A stretch of 59,005 nt of DNA, counting the filler. It is 7 parts of 7 records of this genome, joined end to end, with 100 filler letters (N's around TTAATTAATTAA, not from the genome) between each part and the next. Parts side by side here need not be neighbours in the genome. Positions count along the whole stretch, not along the records: positions 26,416 to 33,656 come from SRR31156797_5802; positions 33,757 to 40,419 come from SRR31156797_5803; 5 more parts are not named here. One strand, written 5' to 3'. The notes under the pieces were generated by a model, which was not told the origin of the DNA, did no database searches, and saw nothing but the letters and a program-made list of their open reading frames with translations. Made by a program: the position numbers and the translations under genes. Shown here in pieces: positions 28,837 through 38,748 of this stretch (the first letter of the stretch is position 1; each line of letters begins with the position of its first letter).

Positions 28837-31800
28837 ATGCTGCATATTCGATTTAAAATATTACTTCAGTTTTTTTTATTTTTTTGTATATTTTTAGGAT
28901 CGCTAGAAGCAAAAGAGTTAGAAAAAGTATCCTTACAGCTTCATTGGAAATTTCAGTTTGAATTTGCAGGTTTTATTGCTGCAAAAGAGAAAGGGTTTTA
29001 TAAAGAGGCTGGTTTTGATGTAACTTTAAAACCAAAAGAAAGAGGAATGGATATCTTAGAGGAATTAGTGGAGGGAAAATCAACTTTTGCTATTTCTGAT
29101 GATGGCTGCTTTATAGATGCAGCTGAGGGTAATGATATCAAGATCATTGCTAATTATTACAAACAATCTCCCCATATCTTAGTAGCTCAACAAAATATTT
29201 ACTCCCCTTATGATCTTACGGGAAAAACCATAATGACCTCAAAAGATACTTTGCAAAAAGGGAATATCAAAAGTATGATGACAAAGCTTGGTATCGATAC
29301 TTCAAAAATAAAAGTTGTCCCTCATACTTTTAATCTAGAGGCATTTATCAATAATGAGATCGATGCTATGACAGTGTATACTATTGATCAAATTTATGAG
29401 TTAAATCAGGCAAAAAAACCATTTACTATTTTTAATCCAGTCACTTATGGGATCTCTTCTAGTGCGATAAATCTAGTGACCATTGGAAAAGAGTTATATG
29501 ATAAACCAAGGATCGATCGTTTTGTAGAAGCATCTAATAAAGGATGGGAGTATGCTTTAAAGCATAAACAAGAGATTGTAGATATCATCTATGAAAAATA
29601 TTCACAACATAAAACAAAACCAGCTCTTTTACATGAAGCGGATCAAGTAGAAAGGTTGATGCTCCCAAATCTTTTTCCAATAGGAAGTATTGATAGGGAT
29701 CTTTTTAAAAGAGAGATTGCCAATATGAAACTTGATAAAAGTCTTCCAGAAGATTTTGATTTTGAAAAAATGGTATATGAAAAACAAAAGCTAGAAACTG
29801 ATCCAAATATCCAATTAAGCGAGCAAGAAAAAGCTTGGATCAAAGATCATCCAGTGATACATGTGGGTGGAGAGATGGATTGGGTTCCATTTGACTTTGT
29901 AAATGATAATAAAAAATATGATGGTCTAGCAAAAGATTATCTTGATCTAATTGCACAAAAAGGGGGCTTTGAAGTTCAGTATCATACTGGAAAAACTTGG
30001 AGTGAACTTTTAGAGGCCATCAAAAACAAAGAGATCGATCTTTTACCTGCTTTAAATTTTAGTGAAGCAAGGGCAGAGTTTATAAACTATACCCATTCTT
30101 ATTTAAAACTTCCAGAATATTATTTCACCCGCTCTTCTTCTGAAAAGATAAAAGGGATCAATGAGCTGTATGGAAAATCATTGGCTATTGTAAAAGGGTT
30201 TGCTATTAATGGATGGCTTAAGGAAAATCACCCGCAGATAAAATTAAATGAAAAAAGTAGTATTCTAGAAGCTTTACGATCAGTAAAATCTGAGGAGAGT
30301 TTTGCCTTTATTTGTGATAATCCATCTACAACCTATCATCTTGAAAATAACTTTATCACAGGGATAAAACTCAATAATATTGTTGAAACAAGAGCTCCCG
30401 TGAAACTTTATATGGGAGTCAAAAAAGGGTATGAACCTTTAGTTGGGATCATTAATAAAACACTTCAATCTATAAAAAAAGAGGATATTTCTAAGATCTC
30501 ATCAAAATGGATGAATGCTATTGAAAAAGAAACAGTCATTGTTAATCTTACCCAAGAAGAGAAAAACTGGATCAAAGAAAATGTTATCAAGGTTGGTGTT
30601 GAGGATTGGGCTCCTATTATTTTTCCTTTAGAAGAGAGTCATGATATAGGGGGTATCTCTGGAGCTATCTTTAAGTTATTAGTCCAAAGGACAGGACTTC
30701 AAGTTGATTATGTATCAGGATTTTGGGATGATCTTTTACAAAAGTTTAAAAAGAAACAAATTGATCTACTTCCTGATACTTATTATAGTAAAGAAAGAGA
30801 GAAATATGGTGTGTTTTCTCAAGGCTATATGAAACTTCTTGATGCTATTTATGTGAAAGAAACAGATAATCATATCTATTCTTTTCAAGATTTAAATAAT
30901 AAAAAGCTCGCTCTTGTAAAAGATACAGGGATGGCTGAGCGGATAAAAGAAAACTTTCCAAATATCGAAATCCTAGAAACAAAAAATCTGCTTGATGCTA
31001 TTTATGTAGTAACCAATGGGAGAGCAGATGCATTATATGATGGACAAGTGGCAGTACGTTATACTTTAAAAGAAAATGTGATCTCAGGATTAAAAGAGAT
31101 ACCACAAACCTATTTTAAAGCACTTGATCTACACCTTTTTAGTCAAATGGATCAACCTATCTTACAATCGATCTTACAAAAAGGGCTACAAAGTATTTCC
31201 TATCAAGAGATACAAGATATTAGATCACAATGGGTTGATCAACTCGATCGAATCAAATTAAACAAACAAGAGCAAGAGTGGCTTGATGAAAATAGAGAGA
31301 TAAAATATGTATATGATGCTAATTGGCAGCCATTTGAGTGGAAAAATGAACTTGGAGAACATACTGGTATTATTTATGATATCCTTTCTTTAATAAGTGA
31401 GAAAAGTGGGATTGTTTTTCAACAGGTACCAACTAATAGTTGGGATGAAGCTTTTGAACTTGTAAAAAATAAAAAAGTTGATATGTTTAGTGGAATTGCC
31501 CAAACAGATGAGAGAAAAGAGTATTTACAGTTTTCTCAAAAAGTGATCTTTAATATCCCTTATGTATTTGTTTCAAGAGTTGATGATCCAAATGACTATC
31601 TTGAAACATTTAAAGTGATAGAAAATAAAAGTGTAGGTGTTGTTTCAGGATATGGGATAGAGGAATTATTAGAGGAGAAACAGCCAAATCTTCCTTTATT
31701 TAAAGTACAGACTATTGATGAGGGGTTTTCAAAAGTAAAAGATAAAACTTTAGATATTTTTGTAGTCAATGCAGCAACAGCAAAATATTATATCAATAAA

Positions 31801-33312
31801 AAAGGGTATGATGATCTTAAGATCGTGACAAAAACAGAATTTAATCTTGATTTGAAAGTGGCATTTCATCAAGGTTTTTCCCCTGTGGCAATAGATATTA
31901 TAGATCGAGCAATTGGTGCGATCACTCAAAAAGAGCTATCCAATATTTATTTTAAATGGACAGAAGTAAGAGTTGAGACCACTATCAATTGGAAGTTGAT
32001 CTATCAGATATCTGCTGGACTTTTAATTATTGTAGTTATTATTGCTTATTGGAATAGAAAACTAAAATCATTGGTAGATCAAAAAACAGGTGAGATAAAA
32101 CTTTTATTAAAGGCTTTTGATAAAAATGTTATCGCTAGTAAGACTGATAAGAATGGGGTGATAACCTATGTAAGTGAAAAGTTTTGTAAGATCAGTGGAT
32201 ATAAAAAAGAGGAGTTACTAGGTAAAACTCACACTATTATCAAACATCCAGATATGTCAAAAGAGATTTTTGAAGATATGTGGAATACTATCAAAGCCAA
32301 TAGAGTCTGGACTGGAGAAGTGAAAAATCGTAAAAAAGATGGTGGGTTTTACTGGACAGATATGGTTATAACTCCTGAGTATGATACCAAAGGGATATTA
32401 AGTGGATATAGTGCAATACGTCAAGATATTACAGCGCAAAAAGAGGTTGAAGAGCTTAGTAGAACCCTTGAACAAAAAGTAGAAAGACGTACAAAAGAGT
32501 TAAATGATCAGAAAAAGCAGATAGAAGCTATCCATAAACATACACGAGAATCAATAGAGTATGCTTCTTTGATCCAAGGTGCATTGATTCCAGAAAAAGG
32601 GGTATTTGATCAGTTCTTTGAAGATTATTTTACACTTTGGCAACCAAAAGATATTGTTGGTGGAGATATCTATTTGATGCATAAAGTAAATGATGATGAG
32701 ATTGTTTTAATGGTTATTGATTGTACTGGACATGGAGTTCCAGGAGCTTTTGTAACAATGCTAGTAAAAGCAGTTGAGAGACAAATTATGTCAATTGTCA
32801 ATACAAATGAAACAAACTTTAGTCCAGCAGATACCTTAAGTGTTTTTAATCAAAGTATTAAACATCTTTTAAAACAAGAAAATTTAGATTCTGTATCAAA
32901 TGCAGGCTTTGATGGGGGAATTATCTATTATAATAGAAAGGAAAACCTTATTAAATTTGCAGGAGCAGAAACCCCTTTATTTTATATAGATAAAGAGCAA
33001 AAATTTCACACTATAAAAGGAAGCCGTCACTCAGTAGGATATAAAAAAAGTGATCCAGCATATCAGTTTAAAGAGCATACCATTGAGGTTGAAAAAGGGA
33101 TGCTTTTTTATCTTTCAACAGATGGGTTTTTAGATCAAAATGGTGGAGAGAAAAGCTTCCCATTTGGTAAAAAAAGATTTCAAAAGCTTATTGAAAAATA
33201 TAAAGATAAGTCTTTAGAGACTCAAAAAGAGTTTTTCCTAGAAGAGTTGTCTCAGTATCAAGGGAATAATGAGAGAAATGATGATGTTACTATGATAGGG
33301 ATCAAGGTATAA
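28837..33312 (+). CDS. multi-sensor PP2C phosphatase: NMT1/THI5 + 3x SBP_bac_3 + TM + PAS + SpoIIE
   Basis: LQLHWKFQFEFAGF; three WxPF/PI repeats; PAS NRKKDGGFYW; VGGD, DCTGHGVPGA, TDG, DDVT. Confidence 0.9.
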   Translation: MLHIRFKILLQFFLFFCIFLGSLEAKELEKVSLQLHWKFQFEFAGFIAAKEKGFYKEAGFDVTLKPKERGMDILEELVEGKSTFAISDDGCFIDAAEGNDIKIIANYYKQSPHILVAQQNIYSPYDLTGKTIMTSKDTLQKGNIKSMMTKLGIDTSKIKVVPHTFNLEAFINNEIDAMTVYTIDQIYELNQAKKPFTIFNPVTYGISSSAINLVTIGKELYDKPRIDRFVEASNKGWEYALKHKQEIVDIIYEKYSQHKTKPALLHEADQVERLMLPNLFPIGSIDRDLFKREIANMKLDKSLPEDFDFEKMVYEKQKLETDPNIQLSEQEKAWIKDHPVIHVGGEMDWVPFDFVNDNKKYDGLAKDYLDLIAQKGGFEVQYHTGKTWSELLEAIKNKEIDLLPALNFSEARAEFINYTHSYLKLPEYYFTRSSSEKIKGINELYGKSLAIVKGFAINGWLKENHPQIKLNEKSSILEALRSVKSEESFAFICDNPSTTYHLENNFITGIKLNNIVETRAPVKLYMGVKKGYEPLVGIINKTLQSIKKEDISKISSKWMNAIEKETVIVNLTQEEKNWIKENVIKVGVEDWAPIIFPLEESHDIGGISGAIFKLLVQRTGLQVDYVSGFWDDLLQKFKKKQIDLLPDTYYSKEREKYGVFSQGYMKLLDAIYVKETDNHIYSFQDLNNKKLALVKDTGMAERIKENFPNIEILETKNLLDAIYVVTNGRADALYDGQVAVRYTLKENVISGLKEIPQTYFKALDLHLFSQMDQPILQSILQKGLQSISYQEIQDIRSQWVDQLDRIKLNKQEQEWLDENREIKYVYDANWQPFEWKNELGEHTGIIYDILSLISEKSGIVFQQVPTNSWDEAFELVKNKKVDMFSGIAQTDERKEYLQFSQKVIFNIPYVFVSRVDDPNDYLETFKVIENKSVGVVSGYGIEELLEEKQPNLPLFKVQTIDEGFSKVKDKTLDIFVVNAATAKYYINKKGYDDLKIVTKTEFNLDLKVAFHQGFSPVAIDIIDRAIGAITQKELSNIYFKWTEVRVETTINWKLIYQISAGLLIIVVIIAYWNRKLKSLVDQKTGEIKLLLKAFDKNVIASKTDKNGVITYVSEKFCKISGYKKEELLGKTHTIIKHPDMSKEIFEDMWNTIKANRVWTGEVKNRKKDGGFYWTDMVITPEYDTKGILSGYSAIRQDITAQKEVEELSRTLEQKVERRTKELNDQKKQIEAIHKHTRESIEYASLIQGALIPEKGVFDQFFEDYFTLWQPKDIVGGDIYLMHKVNDDEIVLMVIDCTGHGVPGAFVTMLVKAVERQIMSIVNTNETNFSPADTLSVFNQSIKHLLKQENLDSVSNAGFDGGIIYYNRKENLIKFAGAETPLFYIDKEQKFHTIKGSRHSVGYKKSDPAYQFKEHTIEVEKGMLFYLSTDGFLDQNGGEKSFPFGKKRFQKLIEKYKDKSLETQKEFFLEELSQYQGNNERNDDVTMIGIKV

Positions 33313-33379
33313 CTACTTTTAAGTTTAGATTTACTTTAATTAATATATAGTTCGTTATTATATTTAAAAGGAGTACACC

Positions 33380-33475
33380 ATGCAAAATAATTTCAATGCA
33401 AATTATACACACGCTACAATTCAATATAAAGTTGCTACGACACTACTCCTACTTCAACTTAAAAACCTACTCTAA
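33380..33475 (+). CDS. putative leucine-rich leader peptide (31 aa)
   Basis: AAGGAG RBS; MQNNFNANYTHATIQYKVATTLLLLQLKNLL; 7 Leu in the last 10 codons, 3 of them CTA. Confidence 0.7.
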   Translation: MQNNFNANYTHATIQYKVATTLLLLQLKNLL

Positions 33476-33615
33476 AAAACACTACGTTTTTTATTTTCAT
33501 ACAATTTTAGTTTTTAGCTAGATTTACAGCTATTTATATTTTACTTTATACATTTTATTATACGGAGAATTCCGTCTAGTTTGTATGTATATTTTTTCAT
33601 TCAAGGAAAATTACA

Positions 33616-33656
33616 ATGTTATATACAAAATATAGACAATATCCTATTGTCAAAAA
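33616..33656 (+). CDS. 5' end of a probable 2-isopropylmalate synthase
   Basis: AAGGA RBS; MLYTKYRQYPIVK resembles the KYRxF/YP start of yeast-type LeuA; only 13 codons visible. Confidence 0.5.
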
Positions 33657-33756
33657 NNNNNNNNNNNNNNNNNNNNNNNNNNNNNNNNNNNNNNNNNNNN
33701 TTAATTAATTAANNNNNNNNNNNNNNNNNNNNNNNNNNNNNNNNNNNNNNNNNNNN
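33657..33756. other. artificial contig linker
   Basis: N44-TTAATTAATTAA-N44. Confidence 0.98.
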
Positions 33757-34155
33757 TTTTAAACCTAATGCATAGTTATACTCATCTGTTCCCCATTCGT
33801 CACAGTTACCTTCAACTTTGATTTTTGTATCTGCTTGAATTCCTGATAATTTTGATGCATTTGACTTTGCAACTGCTTTCATGTCATCAGTTAAGTTATA
33901 TTTATCAAATCCAAAATAAATATTTTCTATAAGAACTTTTTGACCATTGATTGTATAATAGTACCCGTTTTCTGCACTTTCAACTAATTGATCATTGATA
34001 ACTTCATCTTGAATATTTGAATTATCAACCGTATCTAAAGCCGCTTCAGAGTTTTGTGGAGCTGGTGCTTCATTACTTACTTCAACTTCTTTTTGACTAC
34101 ATCCAGTGAAAAGTACTGCTGCAATTAAAAAAGAATAAATACTAATCTTCTTCAT
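33757..34155 (-). CDS. pal: peptidoglycan-associated lipoprotein (OmpA family), 3' truncated
   Basis: Lipobox FTGC; IYFGFDKY; EGNCDEWGTDEYNYALG. Confidence 0.88.
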
Positions 34156-34249
34156 TTTCTGCTTTCCTTTAATAAGTTTTGCCTTGATTTTACAAAAGTT
34201 AAACTTAATAGACAATTACTTTATATCAAGTTTTGTTATTATGGTTACA

Positions 34250-34702
34250 TTACTTGTAACTATTGAAGTACTCTTTTGTCATTTTATGTCTATAATCAAA
34301 CATCTTTTCAAGCTCTTTTTTTACAAAGAAACCTAATAAAAGTTTACCTAGTTTTCCAAAAGGAAGTTTATATTTGACTATATCTTTTAGTTCCGTTTTA
34401 TTTCCTCTTTTGATAAAAATATGAGAATGTTCCCAAAAACTAAATGGTGATTTTAATGCTAGGTCAACTAAAATATCTGGTTCTTGAAGTTTTTCAATTT
34501 TTACTTTCCAAGTTGTACTAATCAAACCTTTTTTACTTTTTATTTCAACAACATTACCCTCTTTTGCTTCAAAGGGCAAGTTTAGAATCTCAACTTTCAT
34601 TCCAGGAGGAGAGATTTTTTTTAGATTATTTATATCTAAATGAAATGCAAAAAGTTGTTCTTTAGTACAATTAAGTATTGAAGTTTTTTCATATTTAATC
34701 AT
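34250..34702 (-). CDS. SRPBCC family protein
   Basis: LFAFH..NLKKISPP, SPFSFWEHSH, MFDYRH. Confidence 0.85.
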   Translation of the reverse strand: MIKYEKTSILNCTKEQLFAFHLDINNLKKISPPGMKVEILNLPFEAKEGNVVEIKSKKGLISTTWKVKIEKLQEPDILVDLALKSPFSFWEHSHIFIKRGNKTELKDIVKYKLPFGKLGKLLLGFFVKKELEKMFDYRHKMTKEYFNSYK

Positions 34703-34703
34703 C

Positions 34704-35558
34704 TTAACCTACTATATCTTTTATAGTCTCTTCAATTGAAGGATAATGAAAAATAAATCCACAATCTAAAAGTCTTTTTGGAACTGCACACTGTCCATCT
34801 GTTAAAACTTGTGCACCTTCGCTAAAAATAGCTTTCAATGCAAATTCTGGTACAGGGAAAAGTGTTGGTCTATGTAATTGTTCACCTAAAGTTTTTGTTA
34901 AACCTTTATTTGTAGTTGCAATTGGAGCACAAAGATTGAAAACTCCATCTATACTTTCATTTTCATAAACAAATTTAAAACCATTTAATAAATCATTTAT
35001 GTGTATGAAAGAGAAATATTGACTTCCGTTTCCTATTACACCACCAACTCCCATTTTAAAAGGAAGTAACATTTTTGATAGTGCACCTCCATCTCCTAAA
35101 ACTATTCCAAATCTAAAGATTGCTGTTCTTATACCTAAGTCTTTTGCTTTTGAAGCTTCTTTTTCCCAGTCTTGGCAAACTTTTGCTAAAAAATCATCTG
35201 AATAGTCTTCAGTTTCTTCATCATAACAAGCATCATTTTTATAAATACCAACTGCTGAAGTTGAGATAAATAATTCAGGTTTTTTTTGAGCTTTTTCAAA
35301 AGCTTTTATCAAGGCTTTCGTTGTCTCAATTCTACTTGAATAAAGAATCTTTTTATAACTCTCAGTCCATCTATTTATAATATTAGCACCTGCCAAGTTG
35401 ATAATAAAGTCTGCTTTTTCTACTATATCTAAAAGTTTTTGTTCATTTTTAATATCTTCTCTTTTGATACCTTCAACATTAAACCCATGATTTGTAAAAA
35501 ACTCTTTCAGGTTTGTTCCTACAAAACCACTTGCTCCTGTTATTGCAATTGTTTTCAT
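34704..35558 (-). CDS. TIGR01777-type NAD-dependent epimerase/oxidoreductase
   Basis: ITGASGFVG, INLAGANI..RWT, SAVGIY, RFGIVL. Confidence 0.9.
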   Translation of the reverse strand: MKTIAITGASGFVGTNLKEFFTNHGFNVEGIKREDIKNEQKLLDIVEKADFIINLAGANIINRWTESYKKILYSSRIETTKALIKAFEKAQKKPELFISTSAVGIYKNDACYDEETEDYSDDFLAKVCQDWEKEASKAKDLGIRTAIFRFGIVLGDGGALSKMLLPFKMGVGGVIGNGSQYFSFIHINDLLNGFKFVYENESIDGVFNLCAPIATTNKGLTKTLGEQLHRPTLFPVPEFALKAIFSEGAQVLTDGQCAVPKRLLDCGFIFHYPSIEETIKDIVG

Positions 35559-35637
35559 ATCAGACTCCTTTTAGCTTTGTAATATTATATATTAGTTTAT
35601 GTACTTTAATATATTTTTTTTGTTAATTAAAATATTT

Positions 35638-36345
35638 TTATAAGCTTCTTTGTTCTAAATACTCTCTGAAATCCTTTGCTCCATCTTTTGAGCTTGTTAC
35701 AACATCATCAATACCATTAAATGAAATCTCTAGTTTTGATTGTTCTACACTTTGCATTGATTTTATTTTATCAACATTTACAATATATGAACGATGGACT
35801 CTAAAAAAGTTTTTACTAGATAGAAGATTTTCCATATCTCCAATCTTTTTTCTTAAATACGCATCGGCACCTTTAATTTTTATGATAACTTCATCAAGAT
35901 CAGCTTTAACATAATAGATATCATTCATATCAATTAGATATATTTTATTTCCTCTTTTTGCAATGATTTTTTTACTTTCATCACTTGTATTTATATATTT
36001 AGATATCTTTTCTAAACTTTTTTTAACACTTTCACTTGAAATAGGTTTAAGAAGATAATCCATTCCTCCTGATTTAAAAGCATCCAAAGCATACTCTTCA
36101 TAAGCAGTTTGAAATATAATATAAATATTTGGATTTATTTCAAGTAAATTATTGGCAAGTTCCAGTCCACTCATTTGAGGCATAGATATATCTAAAAAGG
36201 CAACATCAATCTTCTCTTTAGCTGCTTGAGTAATAGCTTTTATAGCCGAATCACATTCTACGATATTAGAAATACCATTTTCATTTAAAAGTCTTTTTAC
36301 TCTAGATAATGCAAGTTTTTCATCATCGACTATTAGTACTTTCAC
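35638..36345 (-). CDS. LytTR-family response regulator
   Basis: VDDE, FLDISMP, FFRVHRSYIVN; GTG start. Confidence 0.92.
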   Translation of the reverse strand: MKVLIVDDEKLALSRVKRLLNENGISNIVECDSAIKAITQAAKEKIDVAFLDISMPQMSGLELANNLLEINPNIYIIFQTAYEEYALDAFKSGGMDYLLKPISSESVKKSLEKISKYINTSDESKKIIAKRGNKIYLIDMNDIYYVKADLDEVIIKIKGADAYLRKKIGDMENLLSSKNFFRVHRSYIVNVDKIKSMQSVEQSKLEISFNGIDDVVTSSKDGAKDFREYLEQRSL

Positions 36346-36347
36346 TA

Positions 36348-37340
36348 TTATACCCCTTTTAAATCAATTATAAAACTCATCTTATCTTTATATACTTTAT
36401 AATCTAATTTGCCTACATTCAATAATAATAATCTTTTTTTAAGATTACTAAGTCCTGTTCCAAAAACTATATCTGATGTAATTTTTCCATTGTTAGAAAC
36501 TTCAATTTTATATTTTTCAACTTTTATTTCTATATTTAATACATCAGATTTATATCCATGTTTTATGGCATTTTCTACTAGAAGTTGTATTGAAAACTTT
36601 GGGACTATTATCTCTTCCTCTTTCATATTTGAAACTATATCAATCTGGATATTATCATCAAATCTAATATTTTCAATCCCAACATAAGTCTTTACCATTT
36701 GTAATTCTGATTTTAAACTAACTAAACTATCTTTATTTATTGCATTTCTTAAAAAAGTTGATAAATCCAAAGTTGCTTTTTCTGCTTTTTGTTTATCTAA
36801 ATATATTAACTCAGAGATTGAATTTAATGCATTAAATAAAAAGTGTGGATTGAGTTCGTTCTCTAAAGCTTTAATTCTACTTTCTAAAATCTCATTATTT
36901 ATACTCTCATTTCTATATTTCATAGAAATAAATTGATGAAGAATAAGTCCAATTAAAAAAGTGAGAAAACCTGTAATAATACTAATAAAAAGCCAATAAG
37001 ATGAGATATATTCTATAATAGGAAATTCACTTCTTAAAAACAAAAAATAACTTGATGTAAAACCTAAAAATCCTGAAAAGAAAGAAAAAATAAAACTAAT
37101 CAGTATCCAAAATCTCTCTTTAACTTTTGGTAAAATAACTTCATTTGAAAGGGTTATAAAAATAAATGCAAATAAGGAAATCACCACAGCACTGATGGTG
37201 CTAAAAACTACAGTTGTTATACTATTTAGTGTTTCATCTATAAAAAGAAAAAATAAAGAGATAAGGAAACCAAAAAGAGCTCCTATTAAAATAATGTAAA
37301 GCCAATCTTTATGTGAGATTTTAAGTTTTACGCTGTCCAT
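36348..37340 (-). CDS. LytS-type sensor histidine kinase
   Basis: N-terminal TM segments; LNPHFLFNALN; QLLVENAIKHG; GTGL. Confidence 0.9.
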   Translation of the reverse strand: MDSVKLKISHKDWLYIILIGALFGFLISLFFLFIDETLNSITTVVFSTISAVVISLFAFIFITLSNEVILPKVKERFWILISFIFSFFSGFLGFTSSYFLFLRSEFPIIEYISSYWLFISIITGFLTFLIGLILHQFISMKYRNESINNEILESRIKALENELNPHFLFNALNSISELIYLDKQKAEKATLDLSTFLRNAINKDSLVSLKSELQMVKTYVGIENIRFDDNIQIDIVSNMKEEEIIVPKFSIQLLVENAIKHGYKSDVLNIEIKVEKYKIEVSNNGKITSDIVFGTGLSNLKKRLLLLNVGKLDYKVYKDKMSFIIDLKGV

Positions 37341-38748
37341 TTAATTCCTCATTTAAAACATTTACTCCAATTGCAACTCCAGGCCAACCTTGACCTGCAA
37401 ATATTGTGTCTCCTACATTATATAAACCTTTGAAAGGTGTAGTACAAGAAGGGGTTTCAAAAATGTTTTTGATTGTAATTGGTTTTCCACCACAATTACT
37501 TCTGTTTATATATCGTTTAAAAGTCTTTGATGTGGCACTTGAGATATTCAAAATATCCTCTTTTTTTATTTTATCAAAATGTTTTAAAAAAGAATCAATA
37601 ATATAATTTTGGGTTATTGTTTTTTGTCTTAAATACTCTTCTTTATTTATATTTTCCCAAAAGCTTGCTTTTGTGTGAGTAGAAACAGTTACACTATAAC
37701 CATTTTTTGACATCTTTAAATCATCTTTAGAACTAAGAGATATAAAAAAAGAGTTTGAAATAGAGTTTGGTATTTTTTCATCTAAAATAATTTGGTAATG
37801 ATGAAGGAAGTCTTCATCAACTTTAAGATTAAAATTTATTACAAATGCACTTTGATTTGAGAATGAAAATTGTTGATAATATTTTTTAATAGCTTCATCT
37901 TCAAAAAGTTTTTCACAATCAAAAATAGTTGAGTTAAGTACAAGATTTTGAGTAAGGTATTCATCTTTATTTGAAATTAGTCTATATTTATCTTTCTCTT
38001 TAATAATTTTTTGAATCTCTTCTTTTCGTTTTAACTCTACATCTTTTAGTAAACCTTCAAATAAACTTCCCATTCCACCATTTACATAAAATACTTTATG
38101 GAAAGGATAAGCTAAACCTAATGCCATAGATAAAACAGATATCTCTTTTGAAGTTGTTTGAAGTGTGATTAAAAGTTGTGCATCAATAAAATCTTGGTAC
38201 TCTTTTGAAATATCTCCTAAAGTCTCCTTTATAAAACCCTTTGCACTTTTAAATATGTATGTTTTAAAAGTTATTAAAAGCTCTATAAAAGAGTTTACAG
38301 TTTTAACATATGCATTTAATGAATACTTTGAATAATAAAGCTTTTGTAACTGCCAAAATTTTTCATCAATCTCTTTTATTTTTTGCCAAAAAACTCTATT
38401 GCTTTTATTTGGATAAGCTTTATTTATATCTTCTAAGAATTTGTCAAAATCTTTAACTCTATCAATAGTTTTTTTACCTTGCATAATTCTAATAGCAATT
38501 TGACTTTCTATAATATCTGGTTCATAGTTTGCATTATCAAAAATATCTTTTATTGGGTGTTTATCTTCGTATCCAACAAATGTAGTTGCACCTGCATTAA
38601 AATAAGAGCCATATCTTTTATATGTGCTTGCACAACCACCTAAGTTTTTATCTCTTTCAAAAATAATAGTATCTTTGTTACTATTTAGTGAAGCTATCAT
38701 ACTTCCACCAATTCCAGAGCCAACAATTGCTAAATCATGAGTTTTCAT
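37321..38748 (-). CDS. FAD-dependent oxidoreductase, phytoene desaturase/CrtD-like
   Basis: GSGIGG, LGGCAS, NAGAT, GGMG, GLYNVGD..FAGQGWPGV. Confidence 0.8.
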   Translation of the reverse strand: MKTHDLAIVGSGIGGSMIASLNSNKDTIIFERDKNLGGCASTYKRYGSYFNAGATTFVGYEDKHPIKDIFDNANYEPDIIESQIAIRIMQGKKTIDRVKDFDKFLEDINKAYPNKSNRVFWQKIKEIDEKFWQLQKLYYSKYSLNAYVKTVNSFIELLITFKTYIFKSAKGFIKETLGDISKEYQDFIDAQLLITLQTTSKEISVLSMALGLAYPFHKVFYVNGGMGSLFEGLLKDVELKRKEEIQKIIKEKDKYRLISNKDEYLTQNLVLNSTIFDCEKLFEDEAIKKYYQQFSFSNQSAFVINFNLKVDEDFLHHYQIILDEKIPNSISNSFFISLSSKDDLKMSKNGYSVTVSTHTKASFWENINKEEYLRQKTITQNYIIDSFLKHFDKIKKEDILNISSATSKTFKRYINRSNCGGKPITIKNIFETPSCTTPFKGLYNVGDTIFAGQGWPGVAIGVNVLNEELNGQRKT

